From: Eledone cirrhosa
Lineage: Eukaryota
Reading direction: 5' to 3'
Assembly: GCA_964016885.1 (NCBI GenBank)
Contig: OZ024747.1
Coordinates: 45,570,001-45,634,000, forward strand
Length of the DNA stretch: 64,000 nucleotides
The notes beneath the pieces were generated by a model. It was not told the origin of the DNA, searched no databases, and saw only the letters and a program-made list of their open reading frames with translations. The translations under genes and the position numbers were made by a program. Positions 36,201 to 51,472 of this stretch are shown piece after piece (position 1 is the stretch's first letter; each line of letters starts with the position of its first letter).

Positions 36201-37419
36201 TTCTTCTCCAGACTATATAACCCTCTATGTACATATAGCTCATACTCGTAAGTCACAAGGCAGTAAATTCTTTTTGGTGGTGCATTTGTATGCCAAGGCT
36301 CATTATATTTAATGTAGAATTTGAAGCCTCAATATATAAAACTATGTAATCAAAAATAATCTAATGTGGATAGAATAGATAGTTACATCGTGATGAGAAG
36401 ACAATCATCTCTGAAATGCACAAAGATAATCTCATGTTTTTCTGTGTGCATAGGAAATAGTAAAAAGTGATTATACACCATTCCTTTCACAGCAAGGTTT
36501 GAAATAAAAAATCTGTAGTTATATTTACATTAAATTTATATATATATATAACAAAGAAGGTGTGGTAAGATACCAGGTGGACCATAACATACCAGAGTAC
36601 TCAGTACTTAGGGTAGTAGAGTGGGTAATATGAAAAGAGTCAAGACCCCGACGGCTGAGCTCTGCCCGTTTCAACAGCTAAATCCGAACTAAGCCACCAG
36701 TATTAGAACAGTGTGAATCTAGCTGAACTTATCAAGGGCCACAGTCCATGTATCAAGGAGTACAGTCTGTGTATGAGGCACCCTTCCTGGGCCTCAGAGT
36801 AATTGATAACTAAATTTCTTCTTCAGGAGCTGAATTAGTAATAAAATATAAATGCTTGGCTTTTTAGCCAAGTGTTAGTTTAAGCATAATGTACGCTACC
36901 CTCTTTGATTCATACACACTGAAAATATATTCTTCTCTCATTTTTTTCTTTTTTTATCCCTTTGATGTTTACTGTTTCTACAGATTATAGATAGTTGTAT
37001 AGGATAAAATCTCTCTTAATGCCATGAGTGCATGCCTGACTGGCTTGGCATCCTCAGGTCAGTCAGCCTTCTTACCCTTTCCCCCTTGTATTTCGGCATG
37101 TTTAGCCCCACGCCACTATGAAGTAATTTAACTATGTACATGACAATCCAGATTACTGACCACTCCCCATGACAGACAAGAAAAACAACAATCTTTTAGG
37201 ATTCTTTGCTTAGATTTTTTTTTCTTTTTTATTCTTTGACTGCATGCCCATATATGGACTGTATCCCTTGATAAGTTCAGCTAGATTCTCACTGTTCAAA
37301 TACTGGTGGCTTAGTTCGGATCTAGCTGTCAAAACGACTAGAGCTCTACCATTGGGGTCCTGACTCTTTTCATATATCACAGGTAAGCTATCTAAGACTT
37401 TAGATTTTATATGTGGCCG

Positions 37420-38346
37420 ATGTTCAGGTGCAGTAAGTAGCAAGGACCCACTGGATGCTATCTCCTTCAACTGCCCAGATGGTTCTATAGAAATAGTAGA
37501 CACTTTCTGTTACCTGGGTGACAAAATCAACAGTGGAAGAGGGTGCTCTGAAAGTGTAGTAGCCAGAGTTGGAACAGGATGGAAAAAGTTCAGAGAGCCA
37601 ATACCGCTGTTGGCCACAAAGGGTTTTTCTCTAAAAGTGAAAGGCAGATTGCATGATGCTTGTATACGAATGGCGATATTACATAGTAGACCTTGGTGTT
37701 GTGTGCTGAAGAGTTGCATAGATTAGAAACAAATGAAGCTTGCATGCTCCGATGGATGTGTAATAGTAATGTGCGCGAATGGCAAAGCATAAACGAATTG
37801 AGGGAGAGACTAAGCATAAGAGGTATCAAATATTGTGTTCTGGAGAGGCGATTGCATTGGTATGGCCATGTGATGTGTATGAAGTATGACAGCTGTATAA
37901 AAAAGTGCAGAGCAATGAAAATTGATGGAAGCTACTGAGTGTGTAAACCAAGATAAACCTGGGATGAGGTGATAAACACTGACCTTGCTCACTTACACCT
38001 CTCTAAGACAATGTCACTGGATCGAGATCTTTGGCGCCATGCAATTGTACAGAAGACCCGCCTTCCCTTGCATACAAACCTACAGTCAGTAGACACCTCT
38101 TAACCCAATATACACCCCACCCCACACACCCTAGTCCATACACTGTGTCGGTGACACAATAAAAGGCTCCCAGTCCACACTGTAAATGTTGTTGGTGTTA
38201 GGAAGGGGATCCAGCCATAGAAAACCTGCCAGAGACACTTCCGCATGAGCGAGACAAGGTTTCCCAACCAATCCCGCATCAAATGGTACAAAACCGTCTA
38301 ACCCATGCTAGCATGGAAGATGGATATTAAACGATGATGATGATGA
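37420..38346 (+). mobile_element. RTE-clade LINE 3' fragment
   Basis: FCYLG, SESVVARVGTGWKKFRE, RLETNEACMLRWMC, RRLHWYGHV; (GAT)n tail. Confidence 0.88.
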
Positions 38347-38609
38347 TATATATATGGATGTTGTGTTTGTGTGTATACAATTGAGTTATTCTTCCATTTT
38401 TTCATAGTAGCTGAAATAAACAACTCAGCAAAGAAAATACTTAATTAGAAACCTTGTAGATCACCAAGGGAGAGAAATCAATTTCCTCTACATGATTATT
38501 TCCTTACTTCTGCTTTCCAATTGGAGTTTATTTGTGTAATTTCCCTGCAGTCTCATTAAAAATTTGATATTAAATGGACAAAACTACCAAACTACAAAAG
38601 GCCCTGCCC

Positions 38610-38651
<42 letters not shown>

Positions 38652-38670
38652 TATATATATATAAATTTAT

Positions 38671-38703
<33 letters not shown>

Positions 38704-38934
38704 ATGTATATATGTGTGTGTGTGTTATATTTATATACACATATATATAATGGATATATACATATATGTATATATATGTATATATATATATATAATTGTG
38801 TGAGTATGCATCTATGTACATACATTAATGAAACATAGGGTCTATCACACACGCATACACACAAACACAGTGTTGGAACAGGATGGAGAAAGTTCAGAGA
38901 GCTATATATATATATATATAAATATATAAATGTA

Positions 38935-39070
38935 AATGGAATAGAATGAAACAAAATTTCATTTCTCACTCTTAGTATGGCACGTACTTAAATGTATATA
39001 CTTAAATATATATACATACTACTGTACGTCTGTATACATATATGTATGTATGTATACATACATGCATACT
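38935..39070. repeat. Further rearranged copy of the 'A' module of 15572-16498
   Basis: AATTTCATTTCTCACTCTTAGTA and CATACTACTGTACGTCTGTATAC shared. Confidence 0.75.
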
Positions 39071-39073
39071 TAC

Positions 39074-39160
<87 letters not shown>

Positions 39161-39458
39161 CCCTGTTTATAATTGGCTTTATACCTGTCTTTCTAAAAAT
39201 AATATTTTCACTTTCGCAGTTATGTGCAACTTTCGACAACAATAGTCGTAACCTGATTAAAATAAACTATAACAAATCCCTTGACATTTGACTTCTGATC
39301 ATATGTCTGTCAGATTATTTTGTTAAGTCATCAATTCAGTGCTTCAACAATAATCTATTCCTATGTGTAATGACTTCAACATTCATAGCAATAGGATAAG
39401 TAAGGAATTAGGGCAGTAAACTGCTTTGTTGGGCCATATCATTTATAAGATTGGTAGA

Positions 39459-39643
39459 AATAATTGTTTCTACTTTTTGGCATAAGGCCAGCAATTATCC
39501 CAGTGTATTACTGGTACTTTATTTTATCGACCCTGTAAGGATGAAAGGCAAAGTTAACCTCGGCGGGATTTGAACTCAGTCGGTAAAGGGATGTAACTGT
39601 GCTACAAAGCATGGCGTTCGACCCTCTACCGATACTGCCAATT
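39459..39643 (-). mobile_element. SINE-A
   Basis: Head, core and tail all match. Confidence 0.9.
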
Positions 39644-40352
39644 CAAATGATATTAGATATAACTAAGTATTTGAGACAGAAATGAGCAATAGATATACTG
39701 ATGAGACTAGAACCATATTTCTAATCCTTACAAAGTAACCAAGTGACCAAGTAAACAAGTATACCATAGAGCAGCAGTCGCCAACCTTTCAAACCTCCTC
39801 ATCATTAAACATACATTTTCCCTACTAACAAGGAGTACAAGGTTTCGACAGATCAATCTGTACTCAAATGGCAGCACCGTCCTCTCAGATGGATCAGGGC
39901 TTGTATTTTGTTCACTTACAGGGCCACACTAAACCGGCTGCATGTGTGAGCTGGTTGCACAAATCTCACATACAAAATCGTTTCTACACACTTCTGAATG
40001 CACTTATATTTATATTGGCACCAACTTAGAGAGCTTTTCATGGCTGTGAACAGCTGAAGGCTCCTATCCCAACTACTTAATAGAATATACTTGGGGCGTT
40101 TCTTATGTACATCATCAACACAAGTGAGGTATACATGTTTTTGACAAATATTTCTATTATTGATTCAATTCAAGAGCCATCAATACCCTAGTGGGGAGGG
40201 TTTATGACTGTTATATTAGGATTTGCGACGGGATAGGAGGTTAAGAATGGTGCGTTAGGATTATAGGGCTGGGGGTAATCCTGGGTAGTGTGATGGACCT
40301 GAATAAAGTGTAGTTGTTAAGATGTGATGACCTCCAGAAACGTGGGAGGTTA

Positions 40353-40770
40353 CATTTTATACTAGTTGCTGTGTCTTCATCAATATAGCATGTCACCACT
40401 GCTCATGATCCTTTGTCATCCCCAGGGTGAGATTAAGCTTTTGATGGTCAGTCCATTTTATACTAGTTGGTGTGTCTTCATCAATATAGCATGTCACCAC
40501 TGTGTTGATCCTTTGTCATCCCTGGGGTGAGATTCAGCTTTTGATGGTCAATCCTCACTAGCTTATCATTTTTCCTGGGCCTGGCTTCTCCATGATTCCC
40601 ATCCACTAATATTTCTATACACTTGGACATTACATGTCCATACCATCACAGTCTTCTTTTATGCATGCTACATCCAATTCCTCTTTTGCAAAGATTTTTT
40701 ATCAGCTTGCTTATGCTCCAACATTCATGTACACAGTGATTACTCATCCATAAGAGCATACCTGCTTCAT
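40353..40770 (-). mobile_element. RTE 3' fragment with about 100-bp internal tandem duplication
   Basis: KRRL*WYGHV motif; 40353-40450 repeated at 40454-40550. Confidence 0.7.
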
Positions 40771-40824
40771 TTTTTTTATTTTTAAGCTTAAAAAGAATTT
40801 ATTATATAAAATAAACCAAAAATA

Positions 40825-40995
40825 AAATATAGAAACAAGGCCGTTGCTTGTAAGGATGAAAGGAACAGTTAACCTTGGTGGGATTTGAAATCAGAACATA
40901 TTGACAAGACACTGGTATAAACAATATATTGAGAAGACACTATAACTATATACTGTGAAGCAAGATGTCCGACGTTCTACCGATATCTGCCAACG
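40825..40995 (-). mobile_element. SINE-A, diverged/rearranged
   Basis: GTAAGGATGAAAGG..GTTAACCTTGGTGGGATTTGAA and TCTACCGATA segments. Confidence 0.7.
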
Positions 40996-41409
40996 GCTGC
41001 CCTTACTTGGGACTAACAACAACAATAACAACAAGAGACTGTTGATATTAGAGAAAAGCAATGAAGAATGACATGATGCTGAATGAAAATAAAAGTAATA
41101 TATATAAACATACACATACCGACCATACCATAATTAAATATGGAATGATATGCGATGCCCCCCCCCCCTCTCACAGCCCTGGCGCTCAGAATGGAGAAGG
41201 CGTTTCCCTGAGCTTTTGTAGGTTTTCTGCATTCTAAGCCCTTGTTTCACTGCCATGGAGCATGTGTGTGTGTGTATCCTGAAACTTAGGGGTTCGAATA
41301 AATGGCATTAATAAAATAAATATGTCTGACTAAATTCCTCGGTGGTGCCAATTCATGGGAACAGTATAATAAACTGAAGCCAGTAAACAATAAAAGAAAA
41401 GGAATACAA

Positions 41410-41850
<441 letters not shown>

Positions 41851-43799
41851 TAGTAAGAGAACGAGAAGGATCGATAGATAGAAATATAGAACAGTAAAAC
41901 CCAGTGGCAAACGTGTTGCATCCCCCACCCTAGAGAAAAGAAGAAATAACAACTAAAACACTTCCTACAGAATTTCGACTAAGATGGAATCTGTTGTTAT
42001 CTACTGATAATCCACTCACAGTCAGATTTTCTATACAATGACCACAATCCTCATAGGATTTCGTCATGGAATTTCTTTAGTTTGTTTTAAAATCACTAGC
42101 TGCACTGGCGAACTACAAACATTCCTAGCTGATTATTTTCAAGTTTTAATCACCTATAACTCTCAAACGACAACGCCTTATCATTTTAGTAACCATTAAA
42201 GTAAGGAGGATTAAAAATAGTTGCAAATTTATTACTGTAATTTGGTCTGCAAGGAGAATCTTTGATGAAGTCGTGTTTGTTTGTATACTTTTTTATGTAG
42301 TGTCGCAAGCGAAGACCAAGAAAAGATAAAGAAACCTTTTAAAGTTCTCTCAATTAGGTTTAGGAAGAGATTAAGTCAATAAATTTAGAAGTAACGACTC
42401 TTACTTTACCGAATTAATTAGGAAAGATAATGGATTTAAAGGAAGGAAAGGAGAGAAAAAACAGCTACTTCATAAAAGGCTTAATTCCTGAAGTTGTGTG
42501 CAGATACAAACGTATGCAATTATAATTGTTATTGTTGTTGTTATTATTACAATTATTGTTATCATCATCATCACCATCGTCATCCTTACAAATCCCCTCT
42601 TCATCATTATCAACATTATCATAATCATCATTCTTTTGTTGTTTGTTTTTGTGAACACACACGCCTTCAGATTTCCTGTTTAAAAAGTGAATTCTTCTAG
42701 GAATGTGATGAAAAAAAAAGAGATATTTTTCTTGTTAGTAATGACCACAAAAGCTATCAGAATAGAACATTATTTGACATTTGTATTGGTTGTTAAATTG
42801 GTTTACAATGGCATCAGTGGTAGCACAAGGAATTGTTAGCTAAACTGGGGCTAGGAGTCAATATACCTTCAGAACATTTGCAAACACAAACTCAGACTTT
42901 AAAAGACTCAGAATCAGAAAACATGACAAATGAACAAATGCCCATTCAAACAAAAATATTTAAAATCACAATTTGATCCTGTTTCCTCAAGTGCTGAAAT
43001 ATCAACATACATGACAAAAATAATCTAAATACACAATAGTGACAATAGTAACTCATCATTTATTAGCATCAAGGGTCAACGAATGTAATAGATATGCATC
43101 AGTTTCAGACAAAAGAAAAAAAGTGTTATATCACGAAACACTGCTTTTTTTGTGTGAAGATTGTATCCAAGAAGGAATATAACATTCATATTAAACAAAT
43201 GGATCAGAGTTTCCATATACTTTTTAAATAGGAGAGAGAGTCAAAGATACTGGTACTGAAAGAACCTTAGCTCATCGTCTCTTTGCAGTACAATAGTAAC
43301 AGGTGGTGAGTATTGCGGTGAAACGTATCAACATCTAATCAAGTTCTGTTTGCATGGATAACCATATTCTGATGAACTGCAAATGCCATAATGTTATTTT
43401 TGGGAGTTATGCCTAATTGTAGTATTTAAGCGGAAGTCAATTACACAGCTGGAGCAAGATGAAAGCCATGTTGTTATACATCTATATATACTACTAAAAT
43501 TCTGTGATTGCTTGCTTGCTTGTCTGTAATGTAATACAGCAAAAGGGCGCATAATGGGAAAATACTTTGAAAGAAAGTTGCCCCTGAAATGGAAATGCAA
43601 ATGGAATAAAACAAGTTTCGTGTAAATCGGACCACGGGTTCCCGAGATAAGGGGCTTTTCTGGGTACCTTCATAAATAGAGAGATAGAATGATAGAGAAA
43701 AAGAGATCGTGGTTGTGAGAGAGTAGTTTGAAAGAGAGACATAGAGAGGGAGAGAGAAGGAAAATGGAAGAGAAAGAGAGAGAGAGCTGTTGGTGTTCT

Positions 43800-43839
<40 letters not shown>

Positions 43840-43928
43840 TGTGTGTGTGTATATATGTGTGTGTATGTGTTTGTGTGTGTCTATGACCAGTGTATATAGA
43901 TCACAGACACCCACATATACATATGTAT

Positions 43929-43969
<41 letters not shown>

Positions 43970-43996
43970 TGTATATGTATATAAATATGTGTGTAT

Positions 43997-44060
<64 letters not shown>

Positions 44061-44108
44061 ATGTATACACACATATTTATATATATATACATACACACGT
44101 ATATATAT
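43800..44108. repeat. TA/TG/CA compound microsatellite
   Basis: Direct reading. Confidence 0.92.
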
Positions 44109-44201
44109 GGGCCTTCCGGTTTCATTTCACATTATATATATGTCCGTGAATATTTTAATTATTTAAGAATTATTTCTCAGTGAACACGATTTAAAAATAT
44201 T

Positions 44202-44388
44202 TGGATTGGCAGTATCGGTAGAGAGTCGGACGCCATGCTTTGACGCATAGAGTTACGGCCCTTGCCATTCTCAGTTCAAATCCCGCCGAGGTTAACTTTG
44301 CCTTTCATCCTTACGGGGTCGATAAAATAAAGTACCAGTAATGCACTGCGTATTTGCTGGTCTTGTGCCAAAAGTGGAAACAATTATT
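44202..44388 (+). mobile_element. SINE-A
   Basis: Head, core and tail all match. Confidence 0.9.
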
Positions 44389-44875
44389 TTGAAGTGAACG
44401 TGACCCAACGGGTCATCGATGGTCTAGTAAGATAATAAAGGCTGCTTGAAAACATTTTGATCTAAAGCTTACTAAAAAAGGGAGGCAGACATCACCCACT
44501 AATGCTGAAGATCTTGTGTTGGCTCCCTAGTGCCACCAGGTCTAGCTCGGAGCATCATCATGTTGACAGTGCCATCTGCTCCCAACTGATGAGGTAAAGA
44601 ACCCGGAAGATTAGGAGACTTTTCCATCAGCAGAGAACCGACCAGAAATTATGAGGCATATTTCTGATCAATTGTCTTGAGTGATGGGTAGGAAATGGAA
44701 ACTAGTGGGAAATGGCCAGCCCACCTCGTGAGGTTCCTGTCACAAAAAGAGGCATTCCGAAGTATTGTGTTTGTAACATATGTAGTAAGTAAAAACGAAT
44801 ATGTCGCATCAGGATATGAAGCCTCAAGTAGCCATGTAAATCGATAGTTACTATTTACTCTATACACCCCCCCCC

Positions 44876-45446
<571 letters not shown>

Positions 45447-45480
45447 TAATAAATGGACACTATATTTATAAAACCATAAT

Positions 45481-45546
45481 TATTTTATTATATATATTTC
45501 AAGGGCGACCAAGGTAAATTATGGTGCGCTTTCATCAGATAAACTA
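45481..45546 (-). ncRNA. Minimal type I hammerhead ribozyme motif (intact core)
   Basis: UAGUUUAU-CUGAUGA-AAGCGCACCA-loop-UGGUCGCCCUU-GAAA-UAUAUA-UA-AUAAAAUA; lies within inverted repeat 45440-45485/45628-45673. Confidence 0.7.
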
Positions 45547-45765
45547 CAGATTTGTTTTATAAATAAATATTGACATACCCGGAAAAAAGACAATCTCAAC
45601 GGTTGAAATTCGCTAGATAGTATAATGAAATAATTATGGTTTTATAAATATAGTTTCCATTTATTAATATATTGTATATTTTTACTCCACTAAATTGTTG
45701 AGTGCTTTATATCAGTTATAAAATTTTTTAAGCTTGTTGAATCCCAACAAATTAAATATAACCTC

Positions 45766-45901
<136 letters not shown>

Positions 45902-46631
45902 TATATATGTATATGTAGATTCCTGTGGCTATCTTATGGTCAGACCAACAAAATACACACACTCCACTTTTCCCTTCACAGCTCTGTATATATACACACA
46001 CAGACACACCCTTATATTAATATACTTTTGCTCATAGATTTGTACTTACAAACACACACACTCTTTTACTTGCATATACACACACACATTCTCTTAACTT
46101 CGTACGGACGTATAATAACCCCCCCCCCCACACACACACACACAAGTATAGTTCTTTATACAAAACGTTTTTTTTTCCATTTCAGGTAGACGCGCTCCAT
46201 CATCCACTTTTCTAAAAAAATATATCATACACAAAACGCCAGCATCAAGAGTTTTTCAAGAGATGGCAACATGAATGGGCCTGTTATTTTTCTCGAAAAA
46301 CGTTTTTTACAATTCCACCCCGCCCGTCCCTTCAAGCTTTCTAATTTCTCATTCTTTCTTTTGATGAAAGACTAGCGTCCAAAACGTTAAGACCCTCTTA
46401 CTGCTATTTCAATCGTTAACCTAATATATTCTTTCTACATGCTGTACGGTTTGTGTTGTTATTTCTGTTTACCTTTTACACACACATACACACACACACA
46501 TTTTTGTGTATATATATATATATACTCAGGGAGTGTAACATGAAGTTACTGTAGGGTCCCCCAGGTGACCACTCACTCGATGTTTAGGTACACGTCAGTA
46601 GCGAGGTGTAGAGCTATATAAAGTGTAATAT

Positions 46632-46822
46632 AATAATTGTTTCTACTTTTGGCACAAGGCCACCAATTACCCAGTACATTACTGGTACTTTATTTTATCG
46701 ACCCCGTAAGGATGAAAGGCAAAGTTAACCTCGGCGGGATTTGAACTCAGATCATAAAGGGACGTAACTCTATGCTTCAAAGCATGGTGTCCGACTCTCT
46801 ACCGATACTACCAATCCACACC
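46632..46822 (-). mobile_element. SINE-A
   Basis: Head, core and tail all match. Confidence 0.9.
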
Positions 46823-47705
46823 AGGTCGATTTGTTAAACCTTCATTACGTTTATTGATTGGTGACGCGCGTTTCGCTATTGATCAGCTCAAGGTTCGATC
46901 AGTATCGATCTGGCCCGACTCTGAAATCAAAAGCTCGTCGGACCTCTGTTGTAGTAATGACAGGATGAATATACATTCTGTATATTATAATATATATATG
47001 TGTGTGGGGGGTATGTATATATATTTATATATGTATATATATATATATGTATATATACATGTATATGTATATATATATATATGTGTGTATGTATGTATGT
47101 ATATATATATATATATGTGTGTGTGTATGGGGGGGTATGCATGTATATTTATATATGTATATATACATACATATATATGTGTATGTATATATATATATAT
47201 AAGTATGTGTGTGTGTAGTGAAGAAGTTAAGAAGGAAAGTTATAAGTTTGTGTAGGAATTAGGATTTAATACGAACATTATTTAAAATCTCATGTATGAT
47301 AAACGATATTCTAATCAAAAGAAGAGAAAATATCACAATGTTTTCTCACCAGAATTATTCATAAACTATATTGCAACAAAAAGAAAAATAGATTTAATTT
47401 ATAATGTGCACTGTCATAAAATACTTTTCAATAGGCCATTCATTATGTGAAGCGATGTTTTACACTTTTAATCATTTTTAAATAATTTCCATTCTATTTT
47501 TCATCCGATTGTTTACCATAGAATAAATAATGTAATATGCTCGAGCTTATTTGAATTCATGTTATTTAGTAATTGAGATATAACTCATCATGGTTATAAT
47601 TTTACTATATTACATTGTATTATATCAGGAGTGTAATTATATTTCATATGGTAGAGCACTCGTATAGAGGAGTTGATATCGAACGTAGTTGAATGATTTC
47701 GTAGC

Positions 47706-48149
47706 TTCGTCGTCGTCTTCTTCTTCGCTCACTTATTTCTGAGAGGGTCATGGGCGCAGAGTTCTCAAACACTCCTTCCAATGGGTCCTGTCAGAAGCAA
47801 CTCTCTCCAACTGATTCGGATGGATCCCCAAGCGTGACCAGCCAAGCTCATAACTGTTATCCAACCAACTTGCTCGGGATCTACCCCTGGGTCTCGTGCC
47901 AGTTGGTTTTGTCTGTAAAATCTGTCCAGCGATTCTTTCCAGAGACATTCTAACCACATGTCCATAGTAGCGGAGCTGTGATCTCTCAATTCAGATAAGT
48001 AGTGGCTCTACCTGGAGTGACTCCTCGATCTCCGAGCTGCGCACTTTGTCGAGTAATGTTACTCCAAAGACCCTTTGGAGGAGATCCCATTTCAGTCGCT
48101 TTTATTCGGGATCCTATATTCTTTCGGTCATTACTTAAGATTCATGATC
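47706..48149 (-). mobile_element. RTE-like LINE 3' fragment
   Basis: ORF 47748-47957 HVVRMSLERIAGQILQTKPTGTRPRGRSRASWLD; TSD ATGATTTCGTAGC at 47693-47705 and 48150-48162. Confidence 0.85.
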
Positions 48150-49927
48150 ATGATTTCGTAGCATTGTGCAATAACAGACACTTCCCAAACATACAGTGTA
48201 TCTCCAGTTTGATATGTTAAACTACATTTCTCCATGTAGAACAGGCTGGTCACCTTTTCAGAAACAGAGGTTTCTTTGACAACAATAGAGCATATCACCT
48301 CTTGACATGGTCAAATATAACATTATGGAAACTGGTAGCCTTCTGCATGGGCAAAATTTATACTTTAGAAGTTGTGATTTTTGATAAGTTTGTATTCCGT
48401 GTGAAGAAATGTATACTGAGGCTTTGGTCCTAATACTTCACCCAAGGAAAGACGAAATGTTTTTCAGAAGAGTTCTAAGAAGGGAATAACTGAAAAATAG
48501 TTCAGGAAAAAATCATTTTCTCTTTGATATGATATGAAAGGTTGGTTCTGAAACATCAGTATGGATTTCTCCTCGCAGCATATGGCTATATTCAAAGCCA
48601 TGATTTTCATTGTAACATTATGATACTTGTGTTTTCACAGAACATGTTGCATGAGGATCAGAAGAATAAACTAAGTTCTGTGATTTGTCACATGATACTA
48701 TGTCACCCTTTGTGAGTAACTTAGATGAAATTCAATGTTTTCTAGAGCATGTATTGAAATTTGGGTTTTTCTCAGTGAGTTATATATGTTACAGGAAAGA
48801 CTGGGATGTAATTGAGCTCTAGCTAATAAAGAAGTCACTCAATGCATTATTATAAATTTAGATTATATGATGATAGTCATCTAGCACAGAACTAAATTGC
48901 ATATTTACTCGGTTAATTAGAATTTTCTGGAAAAGTTAATTACCATATACAAATATTCGTATACATGTACAGATGCAATATCTTATTCATTTAAGGCAAC
49001 AGAAATTAGTGTTAAACACAAGATATTTGCATCACCATGATATGTGAAAGGAGTAATTAATACACATTTGCAATTCTAAATATTCTGTCTGTCTACTTTT
49101 CTGGATTTGAAGTATTTGGATCAATAATAAATATTTAATATACTTTGGAAAATTATTCTGAAACTTGGAGTTATCCTCAGCAACTCTGTAGCTACCTACC
49201 TCTTTCAGGTAATGGATACAAATAATTTTAAGTTCACTAGCTTTGTTTAAGATTTTTATTCAGTCACATTGGAGGAATTGTACTGTATGGTAGAGGATTG
49301 GGGCATTTCTAATATATTTTTAAATATATATACTATTGAGATATAATCTTTGAATACAATTATTAGTTTATCATTAGTGAAGCTAAAATTAATTTTGTTG
49401 TCAGTATTGAACATATAATTAGGGCTGCATATGGCGATGATACAGTGTCAGGCAATAACTTGTTTAAACATAAAACAGACACACAGTCACACAAATCACA
49501 TTTTAGGCTTACAATTATCATCTGCTGTTCACTTTCATTATGGATAGCTTCTTAATGAATGAAATTTCCATAAGAACTATAAGACACTTAAAACGTTTGA
49601 TACAATATTGCCTCCGGAGTTATGTCTTTGATGATCAGCTGCTTAGAATAAAGTAGAGATTCAGACGTATCGACATTAAAACAACTAATTAATTAAAATA
49701 TATATATATACGTTCATCTATATCAACTCTCTATATAATCATATCAATACTAATAGACGAAATATAAAAAAAAGCTGGACTAGCATTGTTATTTTCTTGT
49801 TCTTCTATTATCTATATCCATATTTAGATTAAATATATAAATATATTCAACATAAATAACCTTAAACATTAGAAAATGTTAAACAAGAAATTAAGTTGAC
49901 AGAAATTCAATAATTAAAGTCAAAAGG

Positions 49928-50110
49928 GTTATGGATTGGCAGAAGCGACAGCACTTTGAACCAAACGTGTCACAGTATTTGGTTACCTTTTGAGTTCAAT
50001 TCCTGAAGAGGTCAACTTTATATTTCTTCTTTCCATAGTCAAGTGTCAATATATTTGACTATACTCCCCACAAAAAAATGTGTGGCTTTCTGCTTATCGA
50101 ACAAATAAAT
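49928..50110 (+). mobile_element. SINE-A, old diverged copy
   Basis: GGATTGGCAG head, GAGTTCAATTCC..GAGGTCAACTTT. Confidence 0.6.
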
Positions 50111-50339
50111 AATTAAATGCAAGAATTTTTTTTCCACATTTGCGTATAACCTTTTAAAAAAATATAGGACATATAAAATTGATTGTAAACTAAATCAAAC
50201 CCTATTGACCCTTTAATGAGCATTGTCCTGAAACCCAAATTCCAACAATTATAAATTGTATTGTATAATTGTTTGATTTTCATATTTCGGCCATTAAGTG
50301 GCAGCATAAGCAGTTTCAGCTACGGGCATTGTCGTTGTC

Positions 50340-50436
50340 TACTACTACTGCTGCTGCTGTTGCTGCTACTGCTACTGGTGCTGCTGCTGCTGTTGCTGCT
50401 ACTGCTACTGCTGCTGCTGCTGCTACTACTACTACA
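50340..50436. repeat. (CTA)/(CTG) trinucleotide tract
   Basis: Direct reading. Confidence 0.9.
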
Positions 50437-50759
50437 GTGAATATATGAACTTTACAGACGCCATCAAATAAGCTCGTTTTCTCTGGCTTGATGCTAGTAG
50501 ACGAGTCAACAAAGAGGCCTCTAAATTTTTATTTGGTATTCTAGAAATAACAGACAAATCTACGGTAATATGTACCATATCGTCTTGAAAAGTGGTGAGC
50601 AATTAGTAATGCAGTCCTGAGTACGAAATAGCCGCAAGGTATATTAGAGTTCCATACAAATAATGGTAATGATGGTGATGATGAGCATAATGATGATCAG
50701 GGGGTGGGCATGAAACTGAGGGTAAGAACACGTTAAAAATGACATTTTAGTTGAGGTAT

Positions 50760-50949
50760 AATTGTTTTTACTTTTGGCACAAGGCCAGCAATTATCCCAG
50801 TGCATTACTGGTACTTTATTTTATCGACCTTGTAAGGATGAGAGGCAAAGTTAACCTCGGCGGGATTTGATCTCAGACCAGGGCCGTAACTCTTTGCTGC
50901 AAAGCATGGCGTCCGATCCTCTACCGATACTGCCAATCCACCGCCCTTT
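50760..50949 (-). mobile_element. SINE-A full-length
   Basis: TSD GTTGAGGTATAAT at 50750-50762 and 50950-50962. Confidence 0.92.
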
Positions 50950-51472
50950 GTTGAGGTATAATAACCCTGAAACATGTCCTGGAGTTGTCACCATATTTGA
51001 AAACAATCAGACTCACTCTCAATGCATCTATCCTTAATGAATTATAATTAAGGTTAGTTAGTGTCTTTCCAGGCCAGAGTTGATTAATCATTAAGATATT
51101 TCTTTTTTCCCTTCTACATCAGTAACTTTTTTTATTAATTACTATTTCGTTGTTCCTCACACTAATATAATATGGATTTATTACCACATCCCCATTTTTT
51201 CCCTGAAAAATATTATACTACTTAGCCCTGTCAAATCACCCCGTCCGGCGGGGATATCTCCCACACATTTTGGGGTGGATGAGGGATGTCTTCTCTTGTG
51301 AAAATGGGTGTAGCTTTCATTATGTAAAATCTCCCCATTTTGCTTCATTTCTCCCCATTTGGGGGCACTTTTTGCATGATACTCACCGTTTGGATTTTTA
51401 GAGGGTGGCAGGTCTGACCACGATTCTGGGAGTACAAACAAAAGCAAGTTGTGTCGAAAAAAATAACATCAT

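Noticed and set aside
36561-36918. Possible solo LTR (TG...CA with AATAAA)
   Set aside because: No TSD and no second copy in the window
42700-43180. Possible decayed piggyBac transposase C-terminus (TAFLCEDC)
   Set aside because: One short Cys motif only; no catalytic region or termini recognised
43312-43384. Type II hammerhead-like arrangement (TTGCGGT-GAAA ... CTGATGA-ACTGCAA)
   Set aside because: Stem II pairs, but no UH site gives acceptable stems I and III
44585-44612. CTGATGAG hammerhead-like starts here and at 39638
   Set aside because: No correctly placed GAAA or supporting stems
51220-51420. DNA-transposon-like ends (also near 33920, 35050 and 43670)
   Set aside because: Single unpaired termini with no matching TIR or TSD
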